NCBI GenBank assembly: GCA_963745025.1
Contig: CAVUWD010000016.1
Coordinates: 320,001-384,000 of the forward strand
Direction of reading: 5' to 3'
From: an uncultured delta proteobacterium
Lineage (GTDB): Bacteria; Desulfobacterota; Binatia; JACPRU01
Length of the DNA: 64,000 nucleotides
Shown here: in pieces, positions 50,157 to 59,740 of the stretch
Layout: the number at the start of each line of letters is the position of its first letter
Numbering within the stretch: the stretch's first letter is position 1
The notes under the pieces: model-generated
Database searches by the model: none
Told to the model about the DNA's origin: nothing
What the model saw: only the letters and a program-made list of their open reading frames with translations
Program-made: the position numbers and the translations under genes

Positions 50157-50851
50157 TCGAGCACCTTCAAGTCCGGGCCGAGGCCCACCAAACGCACGCA
50201 GCAGTCCTCGGGTCCGAGCGGACACTCGCCGACGCGCGGCCGTCCGACGGTTGCGAGTCGCACAGACTTGGTCGAGGGGGCAAGCAGGTTCACTACTCGA
50301 TCGCCGTCTCTGCGGTAGACGCCGTGGCGCAGGTGGAAATGGTGGCAGCGCGGGCACTCGGGCGCGAGCAGGAGCGCCGACTCGATGTTGAGGAGATAGC
50401 GCGGGGTCCGTCCGCACTCGACGCGCGGTGCGTCGCCGTCGATGGCCACGATCAGCGACGGACAGCGCGAGAGCAGGTGCGCCCCGCCGCGCTCGTCGAC
50501 TTCCCGCAGCAAGCCGAGTACCTCGGCGCGGACGACCAGAACGTCGATCTGCACCTGGTCGGCAAGCGCCGGGGTAAGGGCCACGCGCTCTGGCGACGCG
50601 TCGAGACAGACGATGCGCCCGTGGAGCCGCTCGGCGACGCCGTTTTGCAGGTGCGGCATCAGCGAAGAAGAGCCGAGAAACGCGAGGGGGCTCGTGCCGT
50701 AGTCCTGGACGGCGATCGTAGCGCCATCCTCGACGCCAAGGACGCGGTAGCACCAGGCGAGGTGCTCGGCCCAAATGTCGAGGTCGTTTTCCCCGAAGAG
50801 GAGCCGGCCGTTCGGCACGTCGAAGCTGAGGCGCGCACCCTCAGGAAGCAT
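50153..50851 (-). CDS. Truncated PaaK-like protein
   Basis: ENDLDIWAEHLAWCYRVLGVEDGATI..DYG resembles the PaaK central region; no P-loop; Cys-rich tail. Confidence 0.55.
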   Translation of the reverse strand: MLPEGARLSFDVPNGRLLFGENDLDIWAEHLAWCYRVLGVEDGATIAVQDYGTSPLAFLGSSSLMPHLQNGVAERLHGRIVCLDASPERVALTPALADQVQIDVLVVRAEVLGLLREVDERGGAHLLSRCPSLIVAIDGDAPRVECGRTPRYLLNIESALLLAPECPRCHHFHLRHGVYRRDGDRVVNLLAPSTKSVRLATVGRPRVGECPLGPEDCCVRLVGLGPDLKVLE

Positions 50852-52064
50852 GCGTCGCCTCTCGCGGCACTTCACCGTGCAGTGTCACGACTCCGACGTT
50901 GTCCATGCTGGCCATCTGATGAGTGCGAAAGAGCTTCCCCACCCTCAGCTTGGTGTCATCGACCCCGCCCGCATAGCCGACCATGCCCGACAGCGTCTCC
51001 ACGCAGGCCTCGGCCTGGTCGAGCATTTCCCAGGGAACGAGCGAGACCTTTCCGCTCGCGGGGTCGATGGGCACGAGGCTCACGTTGACCAGTGGGAAAC
51101 CATGCGCCCTCGCAGGGAACCACGTGGGATGCGGCGCGACGATCGGTCCAACCTCCGCCAGGCCCCAGACGGGTAGGATCGCCTGACCGAGGAGCTTCTC
51201 GAGCCGTCGCCTCCAGGCCGGATCGAAGCGGGCGGTTGAGACGAAGATATAACGGAGGCCGGCTAAGGCCGCCGGCCGTCTGCGACGGCGCAGCACCTCG
51301 TCCGCCTGGCGCCGGACGAGAATCGTGTACGCCTCGCGATCGGCGTCGAGCGCGCCACCGCTCTTACCTCCGCGGTCCGGGAAGACGATGGGCATGCCCT
51401 GAAGGAGAGCGCCGAACATGCCGACGACCGCTTCCCAGGAGTCAGGCGGTGGCAGGCAGACGAAGGCGAGCTCGCGGAGCGGTGGGATGAACGTGGCGAG
51501 CGAGGTGCACATGGCCGCGATGGAAAAGTGCGAATGAACGACGACACCCCGCTCCCCCGGAATCAGCACCGCGGGATCGAGGGCGCGCCTCGGCCGGGGG
51601 CTCTGGCGATACGCGTCGGCGAGCTCCGCTCGGTGGAGCACGGGGAGCCCCGAACGCTCGGCGCCCGGCCCGGCTCCGCTCGCGGTGATGATCGCGGCCG
51701 CCTCCGCGGACTTCAGATGCGCGGCCTGCTCCTCGACCGCCCGGCTCGGGTCGGTCACCAGCACTCGTTTCTCCGCGAGGAGAGCCGCGAGGAGCAGGAC
51801 CAGCGCGTCGGGGCCGCTAGCCTCGGCGACCGCGATGGTGCCGCCGAGGTCTCGCTTCTGGATGCCGCCTGCCACAGAGAGCGCCTGCTCGAGGAGCTCG
51901 CCATAGGTCAGCCGACCTCCCGCCCACACCAGCGCGGGTCGTTCTTTCGCGCTCGTGGCCCGACGCTTCACGAGCCACTCCAACGCCTGCGGCGGTACCC
52001 CGATCCGTCGCGGTACGCCCGTAGGCCAGTACCACGAGGGAATGGCCCCGCCCACTTTCGACAT
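50841..52064 (-). CDS. Degenerate AMP-binding (ANL superfamily) protein, N-terminal domain only
   Basis: ERPALVW.GGRLTYGEL, VWGLAE, MVGY, FRTHQMASMDNVG. No TSGTTG P-loop and no C-terminal subdomain. Confidence 0.65.
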   Translation of the reverse strand: MSKVGGAIPSWYWPTGVPRRIGVPPQALEWLVKRRATSAKERPALVWAGGRLTYGELLEQALSVAGGIQKRDLGGTIAVAEASGPDALVLLLAALLAEKRVLVTDPSRAVEEQAAHLKSAEAAAIITASGAGPGAERSGLPVLHRAELADAYRQSPRPRRALDPAVLIPGERGVVVHSHFSIAAMCTSLATFIPPLRELAFVCLPPPDSWEAVVGMFGALLQGMPIVFPDRGGKSGGALDADREAYTILVRRQADEVLRRRRRPAALAGLRYIFVSTARFDPAWRRRLEKLLGQAILPVWGLAEVGPIVAPHPTWFPARAHGFPLVNVSLVPIDPASGKVSLVPWEMLDQAEACVETLSGMVGYAGGVDDTKLRVGKLFRTHQMASMDNVGVVTLHGEVPREATHAS

Positions 52065-52072
52065 AGCGGCTC

Positions 52073-54988
52073 TTAACCCTGGAACGCGGCCTTCTCGAAG
52101 GAGACGTTCGTCTGCCGGTCGGTCTGCAGCGGAGCCCAGTTCCACAGCGTGTACTCGTAGTGGCGGTAGCCGCCCGCGAACTGTAGCCCTTTCGGCACCC
52201 CCGGCAGGAGGCCGTCATACGGCATCCAGTTCGGGTACTGGTACGGCTCCCAGGCGTGGTAGATCACCACCTGATCGCGCCGCGTGCACGGGGAAAGCTT
52301 GGCGCGCACCAGGAACTCGCCGTAGTCGTTGAAGACGCGGACGAAGTCGTTGTCCTTGACGCCTTTCTCCGCCGCAACCTCGTCGTTGACGAAGATGAAG
52401 GGCTCGCCGCGGTGGAGCTGCAGCATCTCAGGCGAGACGATCCAATTGGCGTGGACGCTCCAGCGCAGGTGTCCGCTGGTGAGCCGCAGGGGATGGTGGC
52501 CGGCGATGAACGGCGGCTCCTTGAAACGGACCAGGTGCTCGTCGGCCTCTATGAACCAGGGGTGGTCGAGGTAAAACTCGATGCGCCGCGTGGTCGTCGC
52601 GTACGGGACCTTTTGGTCCACCTGATCACGGAACGGCACGTGGATGTCGCCGGGGATCATATCGGCATTTTGCACCACCGAGGCGTGCCACGTCGGGCGC
52701 CCGGAGAGCCACGCCTTGCCCGTGCGCCGCACGTTCTCGAGGCTCACCTCGTCACCGTCGAGGCTCGTGTACCAGCCCATCTTCCCCATGGCGCGATAGG
52801 TGCCGTCGAGCAGTCGCTCCTCGTCCTCGTTCGAGTCGCCGTAGCGATGCCCGTAGGTCGCCCGCCAGTAGAGCTCGTCGACGACGATCTCGCGGTCACC
52901 CGACTTGTACTTCTCGATGCCCCGCGCCTTGAGGCCCTTCTCGCAGCCGCGCACGAGCCCGAGGACGATCTGGCGATCGCTCTTCGACTCGCCGAGCATG
53001 GGCACGGACTGGTCGGTGAAGGTCATGAACCGCGTGTGCGGCGTCGAGTACTTGGCGTCCGCGTACTCGTAGTGAGAGGCCGCCGGCAACACGTAGTCGG
53101 AGAAGAGCGCGGTCGTGCTCCAGCGCGGATCCAGCGTCACCACCAGGTCGAGCTTCGGCCAGAGCGTCTTGAAGTAGGTGTTCATGCCGCCGCGATGGCG
53201 ACGCAGCGGGTTCGAGCCCGACACGAACATCACCTTCGGCGGGCAATCCTTCGCGGGCCTGTCGAACCCCTTCCACCACCCCTTCGCGATGGCCTCCTCG
53301 GCGTATTCGCTGATCTTCTTCTTGCAGTTGGGATCCTCGAGATGCTTGTCCCACACCTCCTTGTAGCCGGCGTGGTGGTACCAGAGGGCCCAAGGGGGAG
53401 AGAGGGTTCCGGCGGCCCGCAAGAGCTCGCGGAGCGAGCCGAGGGACGCCTCCACCGGAGGCATCGTCGGATCCATCTTCACGCGGTTCTTGTAGTCCTC
53501 CATCATCATCTGGAACATGTTCATCGTGCTCGCGATCGGATCCTCGGCCTCGATCGTGTCCTTCGGCATACCGCTGACGATCGGCATAGCGCAACCGAAC
53601 TCCGTCCCCGCCGACCAGCCGCGTGAACCCGTGCCCGCTTTGCCAAGGTTTCCGGTGAGTGCGAGCATGTAGCAGTAGGAGCGCTCGAGCAGGTCGCCGT
53701 GGTAAAGCTTGCCGGCGTTCCAGTTCACGAAAACGAAGACCTTGCGCGGCGGCCGACAGAGATCGGCGATCTGCTGCAGCGTCTCAGGATGCACGCCCGC
53801 CTGCTCGTGCACTTTGTCGGGGGTGTATTCGGCGACCCGCTCCTTCAGCAGGTGGAAAACCGTTGTGACCGCGATCTCCTTTCCGTCCTTCAGCCGCACC
53901 GTCTGCGTCCCGTCGAGGGCGTAGTCACCCGACATCCGTAGCGTATCCTTGGGCAACGGTACGATCTTTCCGGAGGCATCGAGAGCGTAGAACTGTTCGG
54001 CGTCACCGCCCTCCTTGAGATCGGCCTCGCGCAGGAACCGCTTGTCGTCGCTGCGCACGAGCACCGGCAGGTCCGTCTGCTCCTTCATGAACTCCTCGTC
54101 GATCCAGCCGTTCTCGATGAGGATCCGGCAGACACCGAGCCACAGCGACGGGTCGGCCGACCAGTTGATCGGCACCCACACGTCGGCGAACTGCGCGGAG
54201 GCGTTCTTGTCCGGTGCGATGGCGACGATCTTTGCGCCGCGGTAACGCGCCTCGAGCATGTAGTGGACGTCGGGGATGTTCGCGTAGATGGGGTTCGAGA
54301 GCATGATGATCGTGTCCGGGAGAAACCACGTCTCGATCCCGGGGGTGTGCTGGAACTGCCCGAACGTCAGATACTGACCCACGTTGAAGTCGCCGATCAT
54401 GAAGTTGATGTCGAAGCTGACGCCGCCGAGGAGGGCGGTGAGGCCGGTGATGGTGATCTCGCTCGCGCCGCGGACGATGCCGAGGCCGTTCGTGCAGTGG
54501 TCGTCGATCACCGACTGCGGCCCGTGCTTCTCGATCGCCTCCGCCGTCTTGGCACCGATCTCGTCGAAGGCCTGCTCCCAGGTGATGCGCTCCCACTGGC
54601 CGCTGCCGCGCTCGCCCTTGCGCTTCATCGGATAGAGCACGCGGTCGGGTCCGTACATCGAGCGCGAGTGCTGGTAGCCCTTCTGGCAACCCCGGGGGTT
54701 GTAGTCCGGAACGCGGTACTCGGGGTCTGTGAACTCCGGATACGTGCACGAGATCTCCTCGCGGATCACCTTTCCGTCCTTGACGTACACGCGGAACGGG
54801 CAACTCCCCGGGTAGCAGTTCACTCGGTGCGTGCCCCACTTCCAGCAGTCGAATTTGAAATAGTCATCGGGTGATACGACGTCCCCCGCGTGTGGGTAAG
54901 CCCGTGCTCGTCGAGATACTGCGAGAGCCTCCTCACGCTGTTCGACGATCGTCGGGACCGCGGCATCGGTGTCATTCTTGTTCGTCAT
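52073..54988 (-). CDS. DMSO-reductase type II molybdoenzyme alpha subunit, ethylbenzene/steroid-C25 dehydrogenase-like; no Tat signal
   Basis: FS0 motif THRVNCYPGSC...NPRGCQKG, Asp-ligand region MIGDFNVG, SDYVLPAA, GHLRWSVH, VIYHAWEPYQ. Confidence 0.88.
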   Translation of the reverse strand: MTNKNDTDAAVPTIVEQREEALAVSRRARAYPHAGDVVSPDDYFKFDCWKWGTHRVNCYPGSCPFRVYVKDGKVIREEISCTYPEFTDPEYRVPDYNPRGCQKGYQHSRSMYGPDRVLYPMKRKGERGSGQWERITWEQAFDEIGAKTAEAIEKHGPQSVIDDHCTNGLGIVRGASEITITGLTALLGGVSFDINFMIGDFNVGQYLTFGQFQHTPGIETWFLPDTIIMLSNPIYANIPDVHYMLEARYRGAKIVAIAPDKNASAQFADVWVPINWSADPSLWLGVCRILIENGWIDEEFMKEQTDLPVLVRSDDKRFLREADLKEGGDAEQFYALDASGKIVPLPKDTLRMSGDYALDGTQTVRLKDGKEIAVTTVFHLLKERVAEYTPDKVHEQAGVHPETLQQIADLCRPPRKVFVFVNWNAGKLYHGDLLERSYCYMLALTGNLGKAGTGSRGWSAGTEFGCAMPIVSGMPKDTIEAEDPIASTMNMFQMMMEDYKNRVKMDPTMPPVEASLGSLRELLRAAGTLSPPWALWYHHAGYKEVWDKHLEDPNCKKKISEYAEEAIAKGWWKGFDRPAKDCPPKVMFVSGSNPLRRHRGGMNTYFKTLWPKLDLVVTLDPRWSTTALFSDYVLPAASHYEYADAKYSTPHTRFMTFTDQSVPMLGESKSDRQIVLGLVRGCEKGLKARGIEKYKSGDREIVVDELYWRATYGHRYGDSNEDEERLLDGTYRAMGKMGWYTSLDGDEVSLENVRRTGKAWLSGRPTWHASVVQNADMIPGDIHVPFRDQVDQKVPYATTTRRIEFYLDHPWFIEADEHLVRFKEPPFIAGHHPLRLTSGHLRWSVHANWIVSPEMLQLHRGEPFIFVNDEVAAEKGVKDNDFVRVFNDYGEFLVRAKLSPCTRRDQVVIYHAWEPYQYPNWMPYDGLLPGVPKGLQFAGGYRHYEYTLWNWAPLQTDRQTNVSFEKAAFQG

Positions 54989-55016
54989 CGTCGTGTTCTC
55001 CTCGATTGGAGGGCGT

Positions 55017-56039
55017 TCAGCCGAGCGAGTTCTGCGGCGCGTCCACGCTGAACGGCGTGAAGGCGTCCGCCCAACGGTAGATGATCAGCAGGTCCATGAG
55101 CTCGGAGCGCTCGCCGGCGGCGGCTTTCTCGCGATGCTCCTTCAACGTGGCGAGCGCCTGATCGACCTCCGGCCCGAAGTAGCTGCGCAGCAGCTGGATC
55201 GGAATGTCGGCTGCCGCAGTCGGTTGATTGCCGGGGCCGAGGTGCGGCGGTCGCACGAAGGGCGGCACGTAGTAGACGTTCGGCTCCGTGCCGAAGTCGG
55301 GCCGCAAGGGGAGAGCCACCTTGTACTGCTTGACGAGCTTGTGGATGTAGCTCGCCTTGTCGTCCAGATAGCCGAATAGCATGGCCCGGGCGGGACAGCT
55401 CTTGGCGCATACCGGCGCGTAGTCCTTCTCGACGCGCATCACGCAGAAGTCGCACATCTCGGCGACGGAGTTCTTCAGGTTGCTCATGGGGATCTTGTAG
55501 GGGCAGCCCGCCACACACACGCCGCAGTCGTCGCACGACTTCGGATCGATCATCACGATCCCGTCCGACTCGCGCTTCGACATGGCCGGGGCGGCGCCGA
55601 TGTCCGCGGCGTGCTCCTCGCACGCCTTCACGCACGGCGGGTTCGTGCAGTGATTGCAGAGGCGGGGCATGTAGAAAAAATGCCCGTTCGGCCACTGGCC
55701 CGCCCCCTGGTCCTCCTCCCAGATCGGCCCCCACGTCGGGGTCTGGCCGGTCTCCTCGACGATCGGGCGCAGGTACTTTTCACGGTTCCCCGATTCGTAG
55801 ACACCCTTCCAATCGAAGGTCCACGTGCCGCCGTAGTCATGCACCCGGTCGGGAATCTTGCGGCCGGCCTCCATCCAGTTTCTCGGCCAGCCCTTGCCGG
55901 GCTTGGTCTCGACCCAGATGTAGTAGAGCATCTCGCAGCCCGGCCGGTTCAGGCGGTGGGTGCGGCAGGTCACCGTGCACCCCTGGCAGCCGATGCACTT
56001 GTCGAGATTGATTACCATCGCGAGCTGTTTCGTTGCCAT
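55017..56039 (-). CDS. Fe-S beta subunit (EbdB/NarH-like)
   Basis: NLDKCIGCQGCTVTC, VETKPG, GPIWEED, CNHCTNPPCVKAC, CDDCGVCVAGCPY, CDFC...CAKSC, FGTEPNVYYVPP. Confidence 0.9.
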   Translation of the reverse strand: MATKQLAMVINLDKCIGCQGCTVTCRTHRLNRPGCEMLYYIWVETKPGKGWPRNWMEAGRKIPDRVHDYGGTWTFDWKGVYESGNREKYLRPIVEETGQTPTWGPIWEEDQGAGQWPNGHFFYMPRLCNHCTNPPCVKACEEHAADIGAAPAMSKRESDGIVMIDPKSCDDCGVCVAGCPYKIPMSNLKNSVAEMCDFCVMRVEKDYAPVCAKSCPARAMLFGYLDDKASYIHKLVKQYKVALPLRPDFGTEPNVYYVPPFVRPPHLGPGNQPTAAADIPIQLLRSYFGPEVDQALATLKEHREKAAAGERSELMDLLIIYRWADAFTPFSVDAPQNSLG

Positions 56040-56097
56040 CGCGCGCTCCTCTTCTCTCTTTTCCTATTATTATCGTTGCTCTCTGGTTGTTGGCTTT

Positions 56098-56113
56098 TGC
56101 ATTAGCCATGCCA
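56098..56113 (-). promoter_or_regulatory. Sigma-54 promoter for the Mo-enzyme operon
   Basis: Minus strand TGGCATGGCTAATGCA = GG-N10-GC. Confidence 0.75.
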
Positions 56114-56343
56114 CGAGTGCGGTGGACCCGAATCGATGGTATCGCCGTTAGGATCGCGCGTATCCGCAAACACAGGCGAAGTTCTCCTCAATATTATGGA
56201 GCAGTTGGATACAGTTGCTTTCCATTTCGAGTCAGTTTCGGGGAAAACCCATCTCGGCCTTCAAAATTTCCAACAATGGGGAGGTGCTATAGGGGCCCGA
56301 TGCGATTCGGCCCGCGGCTTTGACCGAAAGGATGGAACGAGCC

Positions 56344-56359
56344 TGGAACGATCCTTGCG
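56344..56359 (+). promoter_or_regulatory. Sigma-54 promoter for the bcr-like operon
   Basis: TGGAACGATCCTTGCG = GG-N10-GC with TTGC. Confidence 0.78.
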
Positions 56360-56386
56360 ATGTCGGTACTGTACGTTAGCGCTGCA

Positions 56387-57547
56387 ATGAACCTACTGGC
56401 GGAATTCGATGGCGAGCCCCTGGAAGAGGTCCTTACGCTCTGCCGCGACTGCATCGAGGACGCGAAGTTCGACACCGTGCGCCGCTGGCGCGAGACCGGC
56501 GGTAAGGTCGTTGGCCATTTTCAAGTGTATTTTCCAGAGGAGATCGCGCACGCGGCCGGACTCTTGCCCGTCAAGGTACGAGGCGCACAGGTCGAGACCC
56601 CGCAAGCGGACTCTCGCTTCGGATCGTACCTGTGCTCGATTCTGCGCACGTCGCTCGAGCTGGCGCTCAGCGACCGGCTGAAGCTCGACCTCTTCATCAC
56701 TCCCCCGATTTGCGACGCCGCACGCAACCTCGCCGGCATCTGGGCCCGGAATTTCTCCTACCCTGCGCAGATCCTCTATCTGCCGCAGAATCCCAACTCT
56801 GCCCACGCCGCGGCGTACCTCACCGGCGAATACGGGCGTCTCAAGGAAGTCATCGAGGGCGTGGCGGGGAAGCGGGTCGGCGACGACGATCTCCGTCGCT
56901 CGATCGCGATCTTCAATCAGAATCGGAGCCTGATCCGAGAGCTCTATGCGATCAAGCGGGAGGCGCCTTGGTTGCTCTCCGTCGAAGATGCGTACGCCCT
57001 CGTGGGCGTCGGCGGTCTGATCCCTCGGGAGGAGCACAACCGGCTCCTCGCCGCCCAGATACCGCGGATCCGCGCCCGCTCCGCGCGGAGGCAAGACAAG
57101 ATCCGCGTGGTCTTCGAGGGGGGCTTCTGCGAGCAGCCCCCGCTCGAGATGCTGCGGGTCATCGGCGAGTCCTGCTACATCGTGGACGACGACCTGCTCA
57201 TCGGTCTGCGCTGGATCGAGGAGGACGTGCCGCTCGAGGGTGATCCGCTCGCTAACCTGGCCGAGGCCTACCTCGAGCGCTCCTCCTACAGTCCGGTGCA
57301 GCACGACTTGCGAAAGCCGAAGGAGCGGATGCTGCTCGAGCGCATTCGGCGCGCAGGCGCCGACGCCGTGATCCTCACCGCCGCGAAGATGTGCGAGCCG
57401 GGCCTGGACGAGCAGGTGACCTACACGAAGACCCTCGACGCGGCCGGCATACCCTACTTCGTCAGCGAGTTCGAAGAGAAGATGACGAGCTTCGACCATC
57501 TGCAGATGCAGCTCGAGACATTCGCCGAGAACCTGCTCTTCGATTGA
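56387..57547 (+). CDS. bcrC: Benzoyl-CoA reductase subunit C-like (HAD/BcrC family)
   Basis: [53 protein letters not shown]. Confidence 0.78.
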   Translation: MNLLAEFDGEPLEEVLTLCRDCIEDAKFDTVRRWRETGGKVVGHFQVYFPEEIAHAAGLLPVKVRGAQVETPQADSRFGSYLCSILRTSLELALSDRLKLDLFITPPICDAARNLAGIWARNFSYPAQILYLPQNPNSAHAAAYLTGEYGRLKEVIEGVAGKRVGDDDLRRSIAIFNQNRSLIRELYAIKREAPWLLSVEDAYALVGVGGLIPREEHNRLLAAQIPRIRARSARRQDKIRVVFEGGFCEQPPLEMLRVIGESCYIVDDDLLIGLRWIEEDVPLEGDPLANLAEAYLERSSYSPVQHDLRKPKERMLLERIRRAGADAVILTAAKMCEPGLDEQVTYTKTLDAAGIPYFVSEFEEKMTSFDHLQMQLETFAENLLFD

Positions 57548-57580
57548 GGGCCGAATGGACCGAGCTAGAAACCGGAAACG

Positions 57581-58870
57581 ATGACGGACCAGGAAAGCAT
57601 CGTAGGCCGCGGGGCGAAGGAAGGAAGCCGGCTCTTCCGCGAGTGGTACGGCGGTCTCAACGCCGCTGCCGAGCGAGGGGCGCCGACCGCATACGTCTTC
57701 GTGATGGGCAGCATCGCCGAGATCCTCCGGGTCTTCGACTTCTGCATGGTCTTCCCGGAGATCAACTCGCTGCAGACCGCGGTGCGTGGCGTCGCGCAGG
57801 ACTACCTGAACCAGGCCGAGGAATACGGGTACTCGACGGACATCTGCGGCTACTTGAAGGCCGACGTCGCTCTACAGCTGCGCCAGGGTGCTCATCCGAT
57901 GGGGCGGATCCCCAAGCCCACGCTCGCGGTGGTCACCAACGCCTGCAACACGTACATCAAGTGGGCCGAGATCTGGGAGCGTCTCCACCACATCCCGATC
58001 TTCACGATGGACGTGCCCGGGGCGCGCAGCGCCGGAGAAGAGCCGCGCTGCGGAAGTAAGGAGCTCGAGCGAGACCGCGGCTACGTCGAGGCGCAGCTCC
58101 GTGAGCTCGTCGCCCTCTGCGAGCAGCTGACGCACAAAAAGCTCGATCTCGATCGGCTGCGCGAGGTGCTGAGTCACACCAACGACATGAGCCGCAGCTG
58201 GCGCCGCATCCTCGAGCTCAACCAGGCGAGCCCGGCCGTGTTCAACGCCTTGACCGACGGGACGATCTTCCTCGGTGTCGCCAACGCCCTGCGGGGAACC
58301 GCCGAGGGCGCCGCGTATTTCCGCGACCTCGTCGAGGAGATGGAGCTGAAGGCGAGTCGGGGAATCGGCGTGTTGCCCGAAGAAAAGCACCGCCTCACCT
58401 TCGTAGGGGTCCCGTGCTACCCGATGTTCAGGCGCTTCTACGAGCTCTTCGCCGAGTGGGGCGGCGTCTTCGTGAACTCGACGTATCTGTCCTTTGCGGC
58501 CGGGGGCCTGAATCTCGGCTACCAGTACGACCTCGAGCGCCCGCTCGCCAGCCTGGCCGAGGGAATCCTCATGAGCCTCCGGCACAGCATGGACGCCATG
58601 TTCTTCCAGGACCGCTCGCTGGTGGAAATGGCCCAATCGTTCCGGGTGGACGGAATCGTCTACCACCCGATCAAGAGCTGCCGCACGGTCTCCACCGGGC
58701 TCGCGGACAATCGCCGCGCGGTCATGGAGAGGTACGACGTGCCGTGCCTCTTCATCGAGTCGGACATGATGGACAAGCGGGTGGTCGCCGAAGCCCAGCT
58801 CAAGAATCGGATCGACGCCTTCTTCGAGGGCCTAGCCAGCCGCAAGCTGCGCGCTCAGGCGCGCCCGTAG
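57581..58870 (+). CDS. bcrB: Benzoyl-CoA reductase subunit B-like
   Basis: PEINSLQ, STDICGYLKAD, CNTYIKWAE, GVPCYP, IKSCRTVS, KNRIDAFFE. Confidence 0.78.
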   Translation: MTDQESIVGRGAKEGSRLFREWYGGLNAAAERGAPTAYVFVMGSIAEILRVFDFCMVFPEINSLQTAVRGVAQDYLNQAEEYGYSTDICGYLKADVALQLRQGAHPMGRIPKPTLAVVTNACNTYIKWAEIWERLHHIPIFTMDVPGARSAGEEPRCGSKELERDRGYVEAQLRELVALCEQLTHKKLDLDRLREVLSHTNDMSRSWRRILELNQASPAVFNALTDGTIFLGVANALRGTAEGAAYFRDLVEEMELKASRGIGVLPEEKHRLTFVGVPCYPMFRRFYELFAEWGGVFVNSTYLSFAAGGLNLGYQYDLERPLASLAEGILMSLRHSMDAMFFQDRSLVEMAQSFRVDGIVYHPIKSCRTVSTGLADNRRAVMERYDVPCLFIESDMMDKRVVAEAQLKNRIDAFFEGLASRKLRAQARP

Positions 58871-58891
58871 AAGGCGAGAAGAGGGAAGCCC

Positions 58892-59740
58892 ATGACGTAC
58901 GCGGCTGGGATCGACGTCGGATCGACGCACACCAAGGCCGTCCTCATCGACGAGGATCAGCGGATCGTGAGCCGGGCGCTCGTGGATACGGGAGCGAACG
59001 TCGTCACGGCCGCAGAGAAGGCCTTTCGCGCTGCCCTCGACGGTGCGTCCGCCTCCGAGGAGGAGGTGGCGTTCATCGTCGGCACGGGATACGGCCGCTA
59101 CAAGGTGACCTTCGGTGACGCGCAGGTGACGGAGATCAGCTGCCACGCGCGCGGTGCGGTGCTCATGTTCCCCGCGACACAGACGGTCCTCGACATGGGA
59201 GGCCAAGACACCAAGGCGATCCACATCGATCCGCGGGGAGAGGTCCTCGACTTCTGCATGAACGACAAGTGCGCCGCGGGCACGGGCCGCTTCCTGGAGG
59301 CCGCGGCCTTCGCCCTCGATCTCCCCCTAGGCGATCTCGGGCCGACCGCTCTCCGCTCGAAGAAGCCGGTGCAGATCACCACCACTTGCATCGTCTTCGG
59401 CAAGTCAGAGATCCTCTCCTGGCTGGCGCGCGGCAAGAAGGTCGAGGACATCCTCATGGGTGTGCATCGCTCGATCGCGGTGCGCTCGATGGCCCTCCTT
59501 CATCGCGTAGGCGTCAAGCCGCAGGTGACGTTCACGGGCGGGGTGAGCCGCAATCGCGGCATGGTCGAGGTGGTGCAGGAGATGCTCGGCGTGACCCTGA
59601 ACGTCAGCGAGGAATCGCAATTCATGGGCGCGCTGGGAGCCGCGCTTTTCGCCCTCGACCACATCCGCAAAAGCCGGACCGCCACCAAGCCTCCCGTGGG
59701 CAAACCCCTAGGCGCGAAGGAAGGGACGGCGCCGGCATGA
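58892..59740 (+). CDS. ASKHA ATPase electron-activating subunit (BadF/BadG/BcrA/BcrD family)
   Basis: [45 protein letters not shown]. Confidence 0.9.
   Translation: MTYAAGIDVGSTHTKAVLIDEDQRIVSRALVDTGANVVTAAEKAFRAALDGASASEEEVAFIVGTGYGRYKVTFGDAQVTEISCHARGAVLMFPATQTVLDMGGQDTKAIHIDPRGEVLDFCMNDKCAAGTGRFLEAAAFALDLPLGDLGPTALRSKKPVQITTTCIVFGKSEILSWLARGKKVEDILMGVHRSIAVRSMALLHRVGVKPQVTFTGGVSRNRGMVEVVQEMLGVTLNVSEESQFMGALGAALFALDHIRKSRTATKPPVGKPLGAKEGTAPA

Noticed and set aside
44416-50774. Long N-terminal extensions in the ORF track (949, 705, 478, 558, 637 aa)
   Set aside because: The extensions are off-frame readings of upstream genes; real starts are fixed by start/stop overlaps.
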